Part shown: piece after piece, positions 39,090 through 49,394 of the stretch
How positions within the stretch are numbered: position 1 is the first letter of the stretch
How the letters are laid out: every line of letters starts with the position of its first letter
Assembly (NCBI GenBank): GCA_964571795.1
Contig: CAZNDK010000004.1
Location: 64,203-128,202, forward strand
Reading direction: 5' to 3'
From: an uncultured Gemmatimonadaceae bacterium
Lineage (GTDB): Bacteria; Gemmatimonadota; Gemmatimonadetes; Gemmatimonadales; GWC2-71-9
Length of the DNA stretch: 64,000 nt
Program-made: the position numbers and the translations under genes
Notes under the pieces: model-generated
What the model was told of the DNA's origin: nothing
Seen by the model: the letters and a program-made list of their open reading frames with translations, nothing else
Database searches by the model: none

Positions 39090-39602
39090 TCAGTTATTGC
39101 GCACGTCCACGAGCTCGACCACGAATACCAGAGTGGCGTTCCCGGGTATGAGCCCGCCGGCGCCGCTCGCCCCGTAGCCCAGTGCCGGCGGAATGACGAG
39201 CTGGCGTCGCCCCCCGACGCGCATGCCGGCCAAGCCTTCGTCCCATCCCGCGATGACCCGCCCGCGCCCCAACTGGAACGAGTACGGCTTTCCGGCGTTC
39301 TTGCTGCTGTCGAACTGCCGCCCGTCAGGGAGCCAGCCGGTGTAATCGGCAGCCACCGTGCTGCCCGCCACCGCTTCCGCGCCGTCGCCCACGACCAGGT
39401 CCTTCCAGTAGAGCCCGCTGGCGCTCCGGGCCATCATCGCGAGGTCCACGTTGAGGACCGGATTGTAGGTGACTTGCTCGGGCGAGCCGATGTTCGGGCT
39501 GCCGGGCACCTTGGTCTGTGCGTCCAGCGGCTTGGAACGGACGGTATCGAGGGTGCAGCCGGACAACAGGATGAGGGCGACAAACCCCAGGACTCGACGC
39601 AT
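39090..39602 (-). CDS. FKBP-type peptidyl-prolyl isomerase lipoprotein
   Basis: LSGC lipobox; YTGWL.DG..FDSS, VIAGWDEGL, IPPALGYG, IPGNATLVFVVEL. Confidence 0.93.
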   Translation of the reverse strand: MRRVLGFVALILLSGCTLDTVRSKPLDAQTKVPGSPNIGSPEQVTYNPVLNVDLAMMARSASGLYWKDLVVGDGAEAVAGSTVAADYTGWLPDGRQFDSSKNAGKPYSFQLGRGRVIAGWDEGLAGMRVGGRRQLVIPPALGYGASGAGGLIPGNATLVFVVELVDVRNN

Positions 39603-41380
39603 CAGGATCTCCTTGCAAGGAAAGCGCGCGCGAGGGCCACCCCCTCCTCGAGGGTGGCCGCAAAGGCGATGCGCCCCGGCTCCGGGACGATGCCCACGCG
39701 GGCCATGAATTTGGCGGGCTGAGACTGCACCCGCACGAAAATGACCTTCGTTCGGTCTCGCGCCAGTCGCGCCAGCGCCGATTCCAGGTTGACCATCCCG
39801 GTGGCGTCGATGACCGGCACGGCGCTGAGCTCGAGCAGCACCACCCCTGCCTCCCCGGCGGTGGCGTGCAGCGAATCCATCGCCTTCTCCGCCGCACCGA
39901 AAAATAACGGGCCCGCGATCTCATAGAGGACCGCCCCGGCGGGCAGCGGCTCCCGGAGCGCCGGATGCTGTCCCTCCTCCACCAGGCGGGCCCCGGACAG
40001 GTCCGCCATCCGTCGCATGAACAGGACGGCCGCCAGCAGGACCCCTGCCGTCACCGCGACGGTCATATCGAAGAGGACCGTCAGCAGGAAGCAGGTGACC
40101 AGGACCAGCGCGTCGCTCCGGGGCGCCAGGCGCAGGACGCGGATCACGTGCGGCAAGTCGCTCATGTTCCACGCCACCAGCAGGAGGAGCGCGGCCAGCG
40201 CGGCCATCGGCAGGGCCCCGAGGAACGGCGCGAGTGCCAGCATGGCGATCAGCACCACCGCGCTGTGCGCGATGGCAGCCACCGGCGAGCGCCCGCCCGC
40301 GCGGAAGTTGGTGGCGGTCCGGGCGATGGCGCCGGTGGCGGCGAATCCCCCGAAGAAGGGCGCAATCAGGTTGCCGGTTCCTTGCGCCATCAACTCCGCG
40401 TTGGGGTCGTGCTTGGTGCCGGCCATGCCGTCGGCGACCACCGCCGACAGCAGCGACTCGATGGCGCCAAGGACCGCGATGGCAAAGGCGGACGGCAGGA
40501 GGTCCTGCAGCGCTCCAAACGTCAGCCTCAGCGGTGCCCCGTCGGCGCCCGGAAGGTGCCAGGGGATGACCGGCATCGGGGGCATCTGGGGAATGCCCGC
40601 GTGCGGCACGCCATCCACGAAGTACTGGAATCGGCTCCCGATCGTGGCCACGTCGAAGCCGGGCAAGAACCGACGGAGCAGGAGGGCCGCCACCGCGGCG
40701 GCGGCCAGGGCCACCAGGGGCGCGGGGATCTTGGTCCGGAGGCGCGGCCATCCGAGAAGGACGGCCAGCGTCCCCGCCCCGATGAGCGCTTCTTCCCAGC
40801 GGGCGCCCGGCGCCGCGTCGATCAGCGTGCCGACCCGCTCGGCGAAATGCTCCGGCGCCCCGAGTGGGGTCAGCCCGAAGAAGTCCTTCAATTGCAGCAC
40901 GGCGATCACCAGAGCGATGCCGGCCGTGAAGCCCGCCGTCACTGGCAACGGAATGAACTGGATCAGCTTGCCCATCCGCGCCGCGCCGAACCCGACCAGG
41001 ATGGCGCCTGCCATCATGGTGGCCACCAGCAGCCCGCCAACCCCGAATCGATTCACGATCGGGACCAGGATGACCACAAATGCAGCGGTGGGCCCGGAGA
41101 CCTGCATCCGGGAGCCGCCCAGCGCGGCGATCACCGCGCCGGCGACGATGGCGGTGTAGAGGCCGTGCTGCGGCGCCACTCCGGCCGCGATGGCGAGAGC
41201 CATGGAAAGGGGCAACGCGACGACGCCGACCACGGCGCCGGCCAGGATGTCATTGCGGAGCTTGCGACGGGTATAGCCCTCCGCCAGCGCTTCCCGCAGG
41301 GCAGACGCGGGGCGGAGTTCGAGCTCGGGGAGGAGCCGGCGTGCCTGGCGGAGGCGGACGCGGACGCGTTTGGGGCTCAT
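39602..41380 (-). CDS. SulP/SLC26 anion transporter with STAS domain (DauA-like)
   Basis: ALPLSMALA, GLYTA, VSGPTAAF, ESLLSA, TGAIART, GPLFFGA STAS. Confidence 0.92.
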   Translation of the reverse strand: MSPKRVRVRLRQARRLLPELELRPASALREALAEGYTRRKLRNDILAGAVVGVVALPLSMALAIAAGVAPQHGLYTAIVAGAVIAALGGSRMQVSGPTAAFVVILVPIVNRFGVGGLLVATMMAGAILVGFGAARMGKLIQFIPLPVTAGFTAGIALVIAVLQLKDFFGLTPLGAPEHFAERVGTLIDAAPGARWEEALIGAGTLAVLLGWPRLRTKIPAPLVALAAAAVAALLLRRFLPGFDVATIGSRFQYFVDGVPHAGIPQMPPMPVIPWHLPGADGAPLRLTFGALQDLLPSAFAIAVLGAIESLLSAVVADGMAGTKHDPNAELMAQGTGNLIAPFFGGFAATGAIARTATNFRAGGRSPVAAIAHSAVVLIAMLALAPFLGALPMAALAALLLLVAWNMSDLPHVIRVLRLAPRSDALVLVTCFLLTVLFDMTVAVTAGVLLAAVLFMRRMADLSGARLVEEGQHPALREPLPAGAVLYEIAGPLFFGAAEKAMDSLHATAGEAGVVLLELSAVPVIDATGMVNLESALARLARDRTKVIFVRVQSQPAKFMARVGIVPEPGRIAFAATLEEGVALARAFLARRS

Positions 41381-41910
41381 GCGGACGGGTAGCCGGCAGC
41401 CCGGCGGATGCGGTGCACCTGGCGGAGGTGGTGCCGAATGTGATCAGCGAGGAAGGCCACCCCTTCGTCCGCGGTCACCCAACCGCCGATCGGATGGCGG
41501 AAGCGCGGGGCGCGGGCGTCGGCTCCGCTGATTGCCTCGAGGAACCGCTCCAGCCCCCGCCTCGACTCGTTCCAGCGCGACTCCAATTCCTGGAGCGACG
41601 CCGTGCCCTCCGGGATCACCCTGGCCACCGGCACCTTGATCCGGATGTCCGTCTTCATGACGAGGCGCACCAGCGCCATGCGGGCGTGCGCGACCGGCGT
41701 GACGGTCATCCCCGGGGGCGGGCCCTTCAGCATCCCCAGCAGGCTCTTCTCCTCCGCCAGGACGAGATGCTCCGTCACATCCAGCATCGACCAGGCGCCG
41801 GGAACGGGGCGGAACCGGAGTTGCGCCGCGCCAGCCTCCGACACCGGTGCCAGGAACTCGAGTCGAGCCTTGTCCAGCGCAACGAGCCTGTCCGCCAATC
41901 CGCGCAGCAT
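41377..41910 (-). CDS. DinB/YfiT-like four-helix metalloprotein
   Basis: WSMLDVTEHL, HPIGG, HIRHHLRQ His triad; start ATG 41910. Confidence 0.85.
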   Translation of the reverse strand: MLRGLADRLVALDKARLEFLAPVSEAGAAQLRFRPVPGAWSMLDVTEHLVLAEEKSLLGMLKGPPPGMTVTPVAHARMALVRLVMKTDIRIKVPVARVIPEGTASLQELESRWNESRRGLERFLEAISGADARAPRFRHPIGGWVTADEGVAFLADHIRHHLRQVHRIRRAAGYPSA

Positions 41911-41926
41911 GACGACCTTTCGAATG

Positions 41927-43162
41927 CTAGGGTGTGAGCCGACGGAGCGCGCCGTGCCCCGCGGCCCTCCCCGTGGCCCACGCCCACAGGAAATTGTAGC
42001 CGCCGATCGGGCCAAAGGCGTCGAGGATTTCCCCGCACAGGAAGAGGCCCGGCGTCCGCCGGCTCTCCATCGTGACGGGGTCGATTTCGGAGAGCGCCAC
42101 ACCGCCCCCCGTCACCTCGGCCTTGCGGTACCCTTCGTCCCCCGAGACCGGCAGCGGCAGCGCGGTGAGCGCGTCCAACGCGCGCTCCCGCTCGTCCCGC
42201 CGGAGCTGCGCGAGCATCCGGTCCGCGGGCACGCCCGCCTCCTCCAGCAGCGCCAGCACCAGTCGCTCCGGCAGCCGGCGACGGAGCACCGTGGCCAGTT
42301 GCGCGCGGCCGCCCGCATTGAAGTCCCGTTCCCACTCCGCCCGGGAAAGGCCGTCCCACGCTGCGAGGATGGCCGGCGGTGCGCCCTCGCGCGGCCGCGT
42401 GAACACGTGGGAGATGTTCAGCACCGCCGGCCCGCTGAACCCGCGGTGCGTAAAGAGTAATCCCTGCCGGCGGTTGTAGCGCGGCGTCTCCGGCGGCGAC
42501 ACGAGCCGCGCATCGAGCGACACGCCCGACAGGTCGGTCCAGCGCGCCACCCGCGTGGTCAGCGGCGTCAGGGCGGGATAGGTGGGGTGCACCGTGTGCC
42601 CGAGGCGCCCGACCAGGCCGAGCCCTCCGCCGTCGCTCCCGGTGTTCGGCACGCTGAGCCCGCCGGTGGCGATCACCACGGCGCGGGCCTGGAGCGAGTC
42701 GCCCCCCTCCAGTTCGAGCCGCCACCCGCCGCCGGCAGGAGCCAGCTCCATCAGCCGTGCGTCGAACCGCACATCGGCGCCGCGCGAGCGCGCGAACCCC
42801 AGGAGGCGGTCCCGCACATCGCGTGCGCGGTTCGAGGCCGGGAACAGCTTGCCGGATTCCGCCTCGAGCGCGAGGGGAAGGTCGAGCTCGTCCTCGAAGA
42901 ACTGCCGTTGCGCGGCGAGCGGCCAGCTGCGCAGGATGTTGCGGAGGGAGTGGGGCGAGGAGTCGGTGACGAACCACTCCGCCTCGACTTCGGAGGGGAG
43001 GATGTTGCAGCGCCCGCCGCCGCTGATCAGGATCTTGCGGCCGCCGTCGCGCGTGCGCTCGAGCAGGACCACCCTTCGCCCCTCACCCGCCGCAAACGCC
43101 GCGGCCAGGAGCCCCGCGGCTCCCGCGCCGACGACGGCCACGTCCACCCGGTCAGCGCTCAC
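41927..43162 (-). CDS. HI0933/BaiN-family flavoprotein oxidoreductase
   Basis: GAGAAG, GRKILISGGGRCN, ATGGLS.P.TGSDG, LLFTHRGFSGP, VTGGGV, GPIGGYN. Confidence 0.92.
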   Translation of the reverse strand: MSADRVDVAVVGAGAAGLLAAAFAAGEGRRVVLLERTRDGGRKILISGGGRCNILPSEVEAEWFVTDSSPHSLRNILRSWPLAAQRQFFEDELDLPLALEAESGKLFPASNRARDVRDRLLGFARSRGADVRFDARLMELAPAGGGWRLELEGGDSLQARAVVIATGGLSVPNTGSDGGGLGLVGRLGHTVHPTYPALTPLTTRVARWTDLSGVSLDARLVSPPETPRYNRRQGLLFTHRGFSGPAVLNISHVFTRPREGAPPAILAAWDGLSRAEWERDFNAGGRAQLATVLRRRLPERLVLALLEEAGVPADRMLAQLRRDERERALDALTALPLPVSGDEGYRKAEVTGGGVALSEIDPVTMESRRTPGLFLCGEILDAFGPIGGYNFLWAWATGRAAGHGALRRLTP

Positions 43163-43699
43163 TCAGGCCAGCACGGCGTACACCACGAGGTCCTCGAACT
43201 CGCCCCACTTCAGCACGTGATCGCGAAGCACGCCCTCCCGGGCCATGCCCAGCTTTTGCATGACACGCCCGGAAGCCTCGTTCCGGGCCATGTGCCGCGC
43301 CATGATTCGGTGCAGGCCCAGCGTGCCGAAGCCGAAGTCGATGAGCCCGCGGGAGGCTTCCGTCGCCATTCCGCGATTCCACCACGGCACGCCGATCCAG
43401 TACCCGAGTTCGGCGCGGCGATCGGCCATGACGAGCGCCAGGCCGACGGCGCCCACGAGCGCGCCGTCCTCGCGCAGGGTGACCGCGAGCGTGAGCCCCC
43501 GGCGCTCGGCCCAGGCCGCGGCGTGCGTCGCGATCCACTCCTCCGCCGCTCCGTCCGGGTAGGGGTGTGGCACGGTCAGGGTCGTGGCAGCGATTTCGCG
43601 CGCCCCGGCGAGCCGCTGCACCATCGGGGCGTCCCCAAGCCGGAAGGGCCGCAGGACCAGGCGCGCCGTGGCGAGCGTCGGGAGCGCGTCGGCGATCAC
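43163..43699 (-). CDS. GNAT acetyltransferase (RimJ/RimL family)
   Basis: TARLVLR, AELGYWIG..WWNRGMATEA, NEASGRVMQKLGM; GTG start. Confidence 0.9.
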   Translation of the reverse strand: MIADALPTLATARLVLRPFRLGDAPMVQRLAGAREIAATTLTVPHPYPDGAAEEWIATHAAAWAERRGLTLAVTLREDGALVGAVGLALVMADRRAELGYWIGVPWWNRGMATEASRGLIDFGFGTLGLHRIMARHMARNEASGRVMQKLGMAREGVLRDHVLKWGEFEDLVVYAVLA

Positions 43700-44544
43700 G
43701 CGCCCTCCACGGGGAGGTCGTCGCGCGCGCCCCATTCGGTCCACGAGCCGTCGTAGAGCGCGCCGGGCGGTTCCCCAAGCACCTCGAGCGCAAGAAGCAC
43801 GGCGCAGGCGGACGTCCCCGAGCCGCAGCTGGCCACCACGGGTCGCCCCGGATCGAGCCCCGCCAGGCGGAGGCGCTGGCGAAGCGCTTCGCGGGGCAGC
43901 AACCGTCCCCGGGCGTCCACCAGTTCAGCATAGGGAACGTTCACCGAGCCGGGAATGTGCCCGCCCCGAAGCCCGGGGCGCGGTTCCGGATCGCGCCCCC
44001 AGAAGCGCCCAGCCGGGCGCGCATCCACGATGAGGGCGTTTCCCCGCTCGATGCCGGCGCGCACCTCCTCCAGGGAGCGGATGCGCTCGGGTTGCAGTCG
44101 GGCCACGAAGTCGCCCGGGCGGGCGGGCGCGGGTTCTCCCTGCTCCGTCGCCCGCCCCTCCGCGAGCCAGAGCCCCACCCCTCCGTCGAGCACGGCCACC
44201 CGGGCGTGCCCGAACGCCCGGAACATCCACCACACCCGGGCGGCGCTGAGGTTGACCCCCGAGCCGTCATAGACCACGACGGTGCTGTCGGTGGAAACGC
44301 CCAACGCCCGCGCCACCGCCTCGAACTCACCCGGGGTGGGCAGCATGTGCGGCAGGGTGGTCGCGTGGTCGCTCGCGAGGTCGAGATCGAAGAACCGGGC
44401 GCCAGGGATGCGCGCGTGCAGGTACTCGGCGCGGGCGTCCCGCCCCGACATCGGCAGGTACCAGCTCGCATCCAGCACGACGAGGCGCGGGTCGTCCAAT
44501 TGGTGCTGCAGGGCCGCGGTGCTGAGCAGCGGCGGAAATGGCAT
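43696..44544 (-). CDS. sseA: 3-mercaptopyruvate sulfurtransferase (tandem rhodanese)
   Basis: LDASWYLP, IPGA, ARVWW, LDGG, CGSGTSA active loop, YDGSWTEW. Confidence 0.9.
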   Translation of the reverse strand: MPFPPLLSTAALQHQLDDPRLVVLDASWYLPMSGRDARAEYLHARIPGARFFDLDLASDHATTLPHMLPTPGEFEAVARALGVSTDSTVVVYDGSGVNLSAARVWWMFRAFGHARVAVLDGGVGLWLAEGRATEQGEPAPARPGDFVARLQPERIRSLEEVRAGIERGNALIVDARPAGRFWGRDPEPRPGLRGGHIPGSVNVPYAELVDARGRLLPREALRQRLRLAGLDPGRPVVASCGSGTSACAVLLALEVLGEPPGALYDGSWTEWGARDDLPVEGA

Positions 44545-44621
44545 CACGAATCTTAGTTTCCACCGACGCCGGGCCACAATACTATTCCCCCGTCACGCCA
44601 CCACGTCCCTGGAGCCTGCCC

Positions 44622-46217
44622 TTGCCCCCCAGCCGCGCCGAGCGCCTCGCCGCCGTCATCCTCGTCCTCGGGGCGTTCGGCGTCGTGCTGGTCGTGGCCC
44701 CGTTCCGCGCGTTCGAACTCGACCGCTTCTTCCTCCCGAAAGAGGTCGTGCTCCACGCCACCGCGCTCCTGGTGGCGCTCCTCGTCATTCCGGGGCGGCG
44801 AGAGTGGACCTGGAACCGTCTCGACATCCTGCTGCTCGGATACCTCGGCCTCTCGATCCTCTCGGCCGCGTTCGCGACCAACGGCTGGCTCGCCGCGCGC
44901 GCGCTGGGCATCACCTGGTCGAGCCTCGTGCTCTTCTGGTCCGCCCGGCAGCTGGCGCGCGCCGGGCTCGGCCGCGCGATCACGCTTGGCCTCGCGGCAG
45001 GTGCCGTGGCCGGGGTCCTCACCGCCCTGGGGCAGGCGTACGGCGTCCTCGACTCCGACCTCCTGAGTCTCAGCCGGGCGCCGGGCGGCACGTTCGGAAA
45101 CCGGAACTTCGTGGCCCACCTTGCCGCGATCGCGCTTCCGGCGCTGGTGGCCGGCGCGCTCGCCGCGCGGAGCCGGTTCGGCTACCTGCTCGCCGTGGTG
45201 GCGACGCTGCTCACGGTCGGCCTGCTCGTGCTGACGCGCTCGCGCGCCGCCTGGCTCGCCACCGCCGCCTCGGGCCTCGTGCTCTTCGGCTTGGGGTTCC
45301 TGCCCGGCGGGCTCTGGAAGGACGAAGTCGCGAGGCGACGCGTGGTCGGCCCCGCGCTCGCGGTCCTGGCGGGAACGCTTCTGGCCCTCACGCTCCCCAA
45401 CGCTCTCGACTGGCGAAGCGATTCACCCTACATCGACACGCTGAAGGGGCTGGCCAACTACCAGGAGGGGAGCGGCCGAGGCCGCCTGCTGCAGTGGCAA
45501 AACAGCCTCTCGCTCTCCGTGGCCGACCCCGTCCTGGGTGTCGGCCCGGGCAACTGGGCGGTGGCATATCCCGCCGTCGTGCGTCCCGACGATCCATCGC
45601 TCGCCAGCGACGGAATGACCGCCAATCCGTGGCCGAGCAGCGACTGGGTGGCCCTGCTGTCGGAGCGCGGCATTCCGGCCTTCCTGCTCCTGACTGCAGC
45701 CGGGGGCCTGTTGTTCCTCGCGGGGGCCGTAGGGTGGCTCGGGGGAGCGCGGGGCGTCGCCGACCTCCCCTCTCTCGTCCTGGCGGCCACGATCACCGCC
45801 GCAGCAGTCGTCGGCGCGTTCGATGCGGTGCTCCTCCTGGCGGTGCCGGCGCTGTACGTGTGGAGCCTGGCCGGCGTGCTCCTTCCCGCCGATCCGTTTC
45901 CCCGGCGCACGCCCGCCGGGTGGCGGTCACGCGCCGCGGCGGTGGTCCTCGTACTGGGGATCGGTACGGCGCTCACCTGGCGCAGCGTGGCCCAGGTGCG
46001 CGCCATGGAGTTGATCTCGGTGTGGGGACGGCTGAGTTCCCGCGCGGAGGCGGCGCGGATGGACCCCGGCAGCTATCGCGTGCAGGTGCTGGTGGCGCAG
46101 TCCTACCGGCGGCGGGGCCGGTGCCGCGAGGCCGTGACCTTTGCCCGCCAGGCCGCGCGCCTCTTCCCGGAAGCGGCGGAGCCCAGGGTCATCCTCCGCT
46201 CGTGCGGGGAGCGCTGA
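44622..46217 (+). CDS. O-antigen ligase/PglL-like (Wzy_C) polytopic membrane protein
   Basis: Many TM helices; GTFGNRNF, LTRSRAAWLA, GRLLQW, PVLGVGPGN; TTG start after GGAG (approximate). Confidence 0.8.
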   Translation: MPPSRAERLAAVILVLGAFGVVLVVAPFRAFELDRFFLPKEVVLHATALLVALLVIPGRREWTWNRLDILLLGYLGLSILSAAFATNGWLAARALGITWSSLVLFWSARQLARAGLGRAITLGLAAGAVAGVLTALGQAYGVLDSDLLSLSRAPGGTFGNRNFVAHLAAIALPALVAGALAARSRFGYLLAVVATLLTVGLLVLTRSRAAWLATAASGLVLFGLGFLPGGLWKDEVARRRVVGPALAVLAGTLLALTLPNALDWRSDSPYIDTLKGLANYQEGSGRGRLLQWQNSLSLSVADPVLGVGPGNWAVAYPAVVRPDDPSLASDGMTANPWPSSDWVALLSERGIPAFLLLTAAGGLLFLAGAVGWLGGARGVADLPSLVLAATITAAAVVGAFDAVLLLAVPALYVWSLAGVLLPADPFPRRTPAGWRSRAAAVVLVLGIGTALTWRSVAQVRAMELISVWGRLSSRAEAARMDPGSYRVQVLVAQSYRRRGRCREAVTFARQAARLFPEAAEPRVILRSCGER

Positions 46218-46287
46218 CGCGCGGCGCTCGAAACGCCCGCGCGGGAGCTGACGTAGAGCAGGGACCGCCCTGACCCGGAGCCCAGCC

Positions 46288-47280
46288 ATGGTTGAAGCCC
46301 GACGCGCCGCCCTGTTGCTCACCTCGATCGCGGCCAGCGCGACGCCACTCACCGCGCAGGCACCCGCCCCCAGCGTCATCGAGTACACCATTCCGCGGGC
46401 CGGCAATTTCCCGCATGACCCTGCCGTCGCGGCCGACGGCATCGTCTGGTACACCGACCAGACCAACAGCTACATCGGGCGACTGGACCCCGCCACCGGC
46501 AAGATCACCGACTACGCGACGCCCACGCCGGGTTCCGGGCCGCACGGGATCGCCGTCGCGCCCGATGGATTCGTCTGGTACACGGCGCAGCGGACCGGGC
46601 TGCTGGGCCGGGTCAACCCGAAGGACGGGTCGATCGAGGAGTTCGCCCTGCCCGACGAAGCGCGCAATCCGCATACCCCGATCGTGCACCGGGGAGCCGT
46701 CTGGTTCACCGACGCGAACAACAACAGCTACGGCCGCTTCGACCCGCGCACCGGGAAGATGGACGTCTGGATCGCCCCCACGCCGAATTCCATCCCCTAC
46801 GGCATGTACGCCGCGCCGGACGGCAGCGTGTGGATCGCGCACCTCGGCGTCAACGAACTGGGCCGCGTGGATCCGGCCACCGGGCAGCTGCGGGTGTACC
46901 CCCTGCCCGACCCGGCCGCGCGGCCGCGGCGACTGGCCATCACGCCGGACGGCACGGTCTGGTACACCGACTACGCGCGGGGGTACCTCGGCGCGCTCGA
47001 CCCCGCCACGGGAAAGGTGCGCGAATGGCGGAGCCCGGGAGGAAACGCGGGGCCCTACGGCATCAGCATCGGGACCGACGGCCGGATCTGGTATTGCGAG
47101 GCGAAGACCGGCAGCATGGTCGCCTTCGACCCGAAGACCCAGCAGATGACGGTGGTTCCGATTCCCACGCCGGGCGCCATCGTGCGCCACATGGTGACGG
47201 ACACGACGCGCGGGCGAGTGTGGCTGGCGCTGAGTGGTACCGGGCGGATCGGGGAGATCGAGCTCGGGGCGCCGCGCTAG
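46288..47280 (+). CDS. Exported Vgb-like beta-propeller protein
   Basis: Repeats PxGI...DG.VWYT....LGRLDP.TG; signal peptide ending LTA-Q. Confidence 0.85.
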   Translation: MVEARRAALLLTSIAASATPLTAQAPAPSVIEYTIPRAGNFPHDPAVAADGIVWYTDQTNSYIGRLDPATGKITDYATPTPGSGPHGIAVAPDGFVWYTAQRTGLLGRVNPKDGSIEEFALPDEARNPHTPIVHRGAVWFTDANNNSYGRFDPRTGKMDVWIAPTPNSIPYGMYAAPDGSVWIAHLGVNELGRVDPATGQLRVYPLPDPAARPRRLAITPDGTVWYTDYARGYLGALDPATGKVREWRSPGGNAGPYGISIGTDGRIWYCEAKTGSMVAFDPKTQQMTVVPIPTPGAIVRHMVTDTTRGRVWLALSGTGRIGEIELGAPR

Positions 47281-47287
47281 CGGTCGG

Positions 47288-49393
47288 TCAGCTGCGGAGC
47301 AGCACGCGGCCGTCCACGGCGACGGCGCGGTCGGGAAAGGCGAGGAGCGGGTTCACGTCGAGTTCGGCGATTTCCGGGAAGTCGCCGGCGAGGCGGGAGA
47401 GGCGGAGTAGGACGTCCTCGATGGCCTGGCGGTCGGCCGGCGGCGTCCCGCGCAGGGCGTCGAGGAGCCGGGCGCCGCGGAGCCCCGCGATCATGTCCGC
47501 GGCGTCGCGCCGGGAAATCGGCGCCACCCGGAATACCACGTCGCGCAGCACCTCCACGAAGATCCCCCCCAGGCCGAACATCACCAGCGGCCCGAAGGAG
47601 AGGTCCCGGGTCACGCCGGCGATCGTCTCCCGCCCGCCGGTCACCATTTCCTGGACCAGCACGCCGTGGATCGTGGCGTCGGGCACGGCGCGGCGGGCCG
47701 CGGTCACGATCTCCTCGAACGCCGCCCGCACGGCGGCCGCCCCCGCCACGCCGACCTTCACGCCCCCCACGTCCGTCTTGTGGACGATTTCGGGCGACAC
47801 GATCTTCATCGCGACCGCGCCCCCCGACTTCGCGGCCAGCGCGACGGCGTCCTCCGCAGTCCGCGCCAGCCCCGCTGCCGCCGTGCGGATGCCGTACGCC
47901 TGGAGCAGCTCGAGCGATTCCGCCTCGCCGAGCCGGGTCTGCCCAGCCGCGCGGGCCTCCGCCACCAGCCGCCCCGCCGTCTCGCGATCCACCACGAATT
48001 CCTCGACCGGCGCGAGCGGCCGCTCGGCCCATTCCCGCTGGCGGCAGAGCGCGGAGAGCGCGCGCGCCGCCGATTCGGGGAAGATGTAAGCGGGCACGCC
48101 CACCTCGTGGAGTTCGGCCTTGCCCTGCGGCAGTCCCTCGCGCCCCATCAGCACCGCCAGCACCGGCTTCTCCGGGTGGGTGCCCGCCACGCTGGCGATC
48201 GCCTCCGCCACGTCCGCCTGCTTGATCCCGAGCGGCGGGACGAAGATGGCCAGCGCGGAGTCGACGTTCGGGTCGTCGAGCAGGGCGGCCAGCGCGGCGC
48301 GGTAGCCGGGCGGGGTGGCGCTCGCGATCATGTCCAGGGGATTGCGGAGCGACGCCTCCTCCGGGAAGAGGGGCTTGAGCCGCGCCACCGTCTCGGGCGC
48401 GAGGTCCGGCAGTTCAACCGCGACCCGCTCGAGGGCGTCGGCGGCCAGGATGCCGGGCCCGCCGGAGTTGGTCACCACCGCGGTTCGGCGCGAGCGCGGC
48501 AACGGGCCGCCCGAGAACGCCATGGCGAGGTCGAAGAGCTCCTCGACCGACTCCGCGCGCATCACCCCGGCCTGCGCCAGCATGGCGTCCACCAGGGCGT
48601 CGCTGGCCGCGAGCGCCCCGGTGTGCGAGCTGGCGGCGCGCGCGCCCACCTTCGAGCGGCCGGACTTCACCACGATGATCGGCTTGTGCCGGGTCATGCG
48701 ACGGGCGATCTCGAGGAACTTCCTCGGGTTGCCGAAGTTCTCGACGTACATCAGCACCACGCCCACCGCCGGGTCGTTTTCCCAGTGCAGCAGCAGGTCG
48801 TTGCCGCTCACGTCGGGCTTGTTGCCCATGGACACGAACTGGCAGATCCCGATGCCGTATTCCTGGGCGTAGTCCAGCACGCTCAGCCCCATGGCGCCCG
48901 ACTGCGACACGAACGCCGCCCGCCCGAAGGGGGGCATGCTCGGCGCGAAGGTGGCGTTCATCGACACCGCGGGGTCCGCATTCAGCACGCCCATGCAGTT
49001 CGGCCCGACCATCCGCATGCCGTACCGCCGGACCACTTCCATCAGCTTGCGTTCGCGCTCGATGCCTTCCCCTCCCACTTCCCGGAATCCGGCCGAGATG
49101 ATGGTCAGCGCCTGGACGCCGGCCGCGCCGCATTCCTCGGCCACCGCCAGGACGTGCTGCTTCGGCACCGTGATGACCGCCATGTCGACGGGATCCGGCA
49201 CGGCGCCGATGCGGGGATAGGTCTTGAGGGAATGAATCGAGTCGGCCTGCGGATTCACCGGGAAGACGGTCCCGGTGAATCCGTAGTCGACGAGGTTGGA
49301 GACGATCTCGTGCCCGATCGTGTGCGGCGTGCGGGAGGCACCGATCACCGCCACGCGGCGGGGTCGGAGCACGCAGTCGAGCGACGCCGTCAC
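47288..49393 (-). CDS. ADP-forming acetate/acyl-CoA ligase (fused alpha-beta)
   Basis: VAVIGAS, GPNCMG, SQSG, AASSHTGAL (phospho-His retained), NPLD, HKTDVGGV ATP-grasp, ELDVNP; no GNAT domain. Confidence 0.9.
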   Translation of the reverse strand: MTASLDCVLRPRRVAVIGASRTPHTIGHEIVSNLVDYGFTGTVFPVNPQADSIHSLKTYPRIGAVPDPVDMAVITVPKQHVLAVAEECGAAGVQALTIISAGFREVGGEGIERERKLMEVVRRYGMRMVGPNCMGVLNADPAVSMNATFAPSMPPFGRAAFVSQSGAMGLSVLDYAQEYGIGICQFVSMGNKPDVSGNDLLLHWENDPAVGVVLMYVENFGNPRKFLEIARRMTRHKPIIVVKSGRSKVGARAASSHTGALAASDALVDAMLAQAGVMRAESVEELFDLAMAFSGGPLPRSRRTAVVTNSGGPGILAADALERVAVELPDLAPETVARLKPLFPEEASLRNPLDMIASATPPGYRAALAALLDDPNVDSALAIFVPPLGIKQADVAEAIASVAGTHPEKPVLAVLMGREGLPQGKAELHEVGVPAYIFPESAARALSALCRQREWAERPLAPVEEFVVDRETAGRLVAEARAAGQTRLGEAESLELLQAYGIRTAAAGLARTAEDAVALAAKSGGAVAMKIVSPEIVHKTDVGGVKVGVAGAAAVRAAFEEIVTAARRAVPDATIHGVLVQEMVTGGRETIAGVTRDLSFGPLVMFGLGGIFVEVLRDVVFRVAPISRRDAADMIAGLRGARLLDALRGTPPADRQAIEDVLLRLSRLAGDFPEIAELDVNPLLAFPDRAVAVDGRVLLRS

Positions 49394-49394
49394 A

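Noticed and set aside
46288..47280. Streptogramin B resistance gene (vgb)
   Set aside because: Shares only the propeller repeat pattern; has a signal peptide, no mobile context, and catalytic residues cannot be verified by eye
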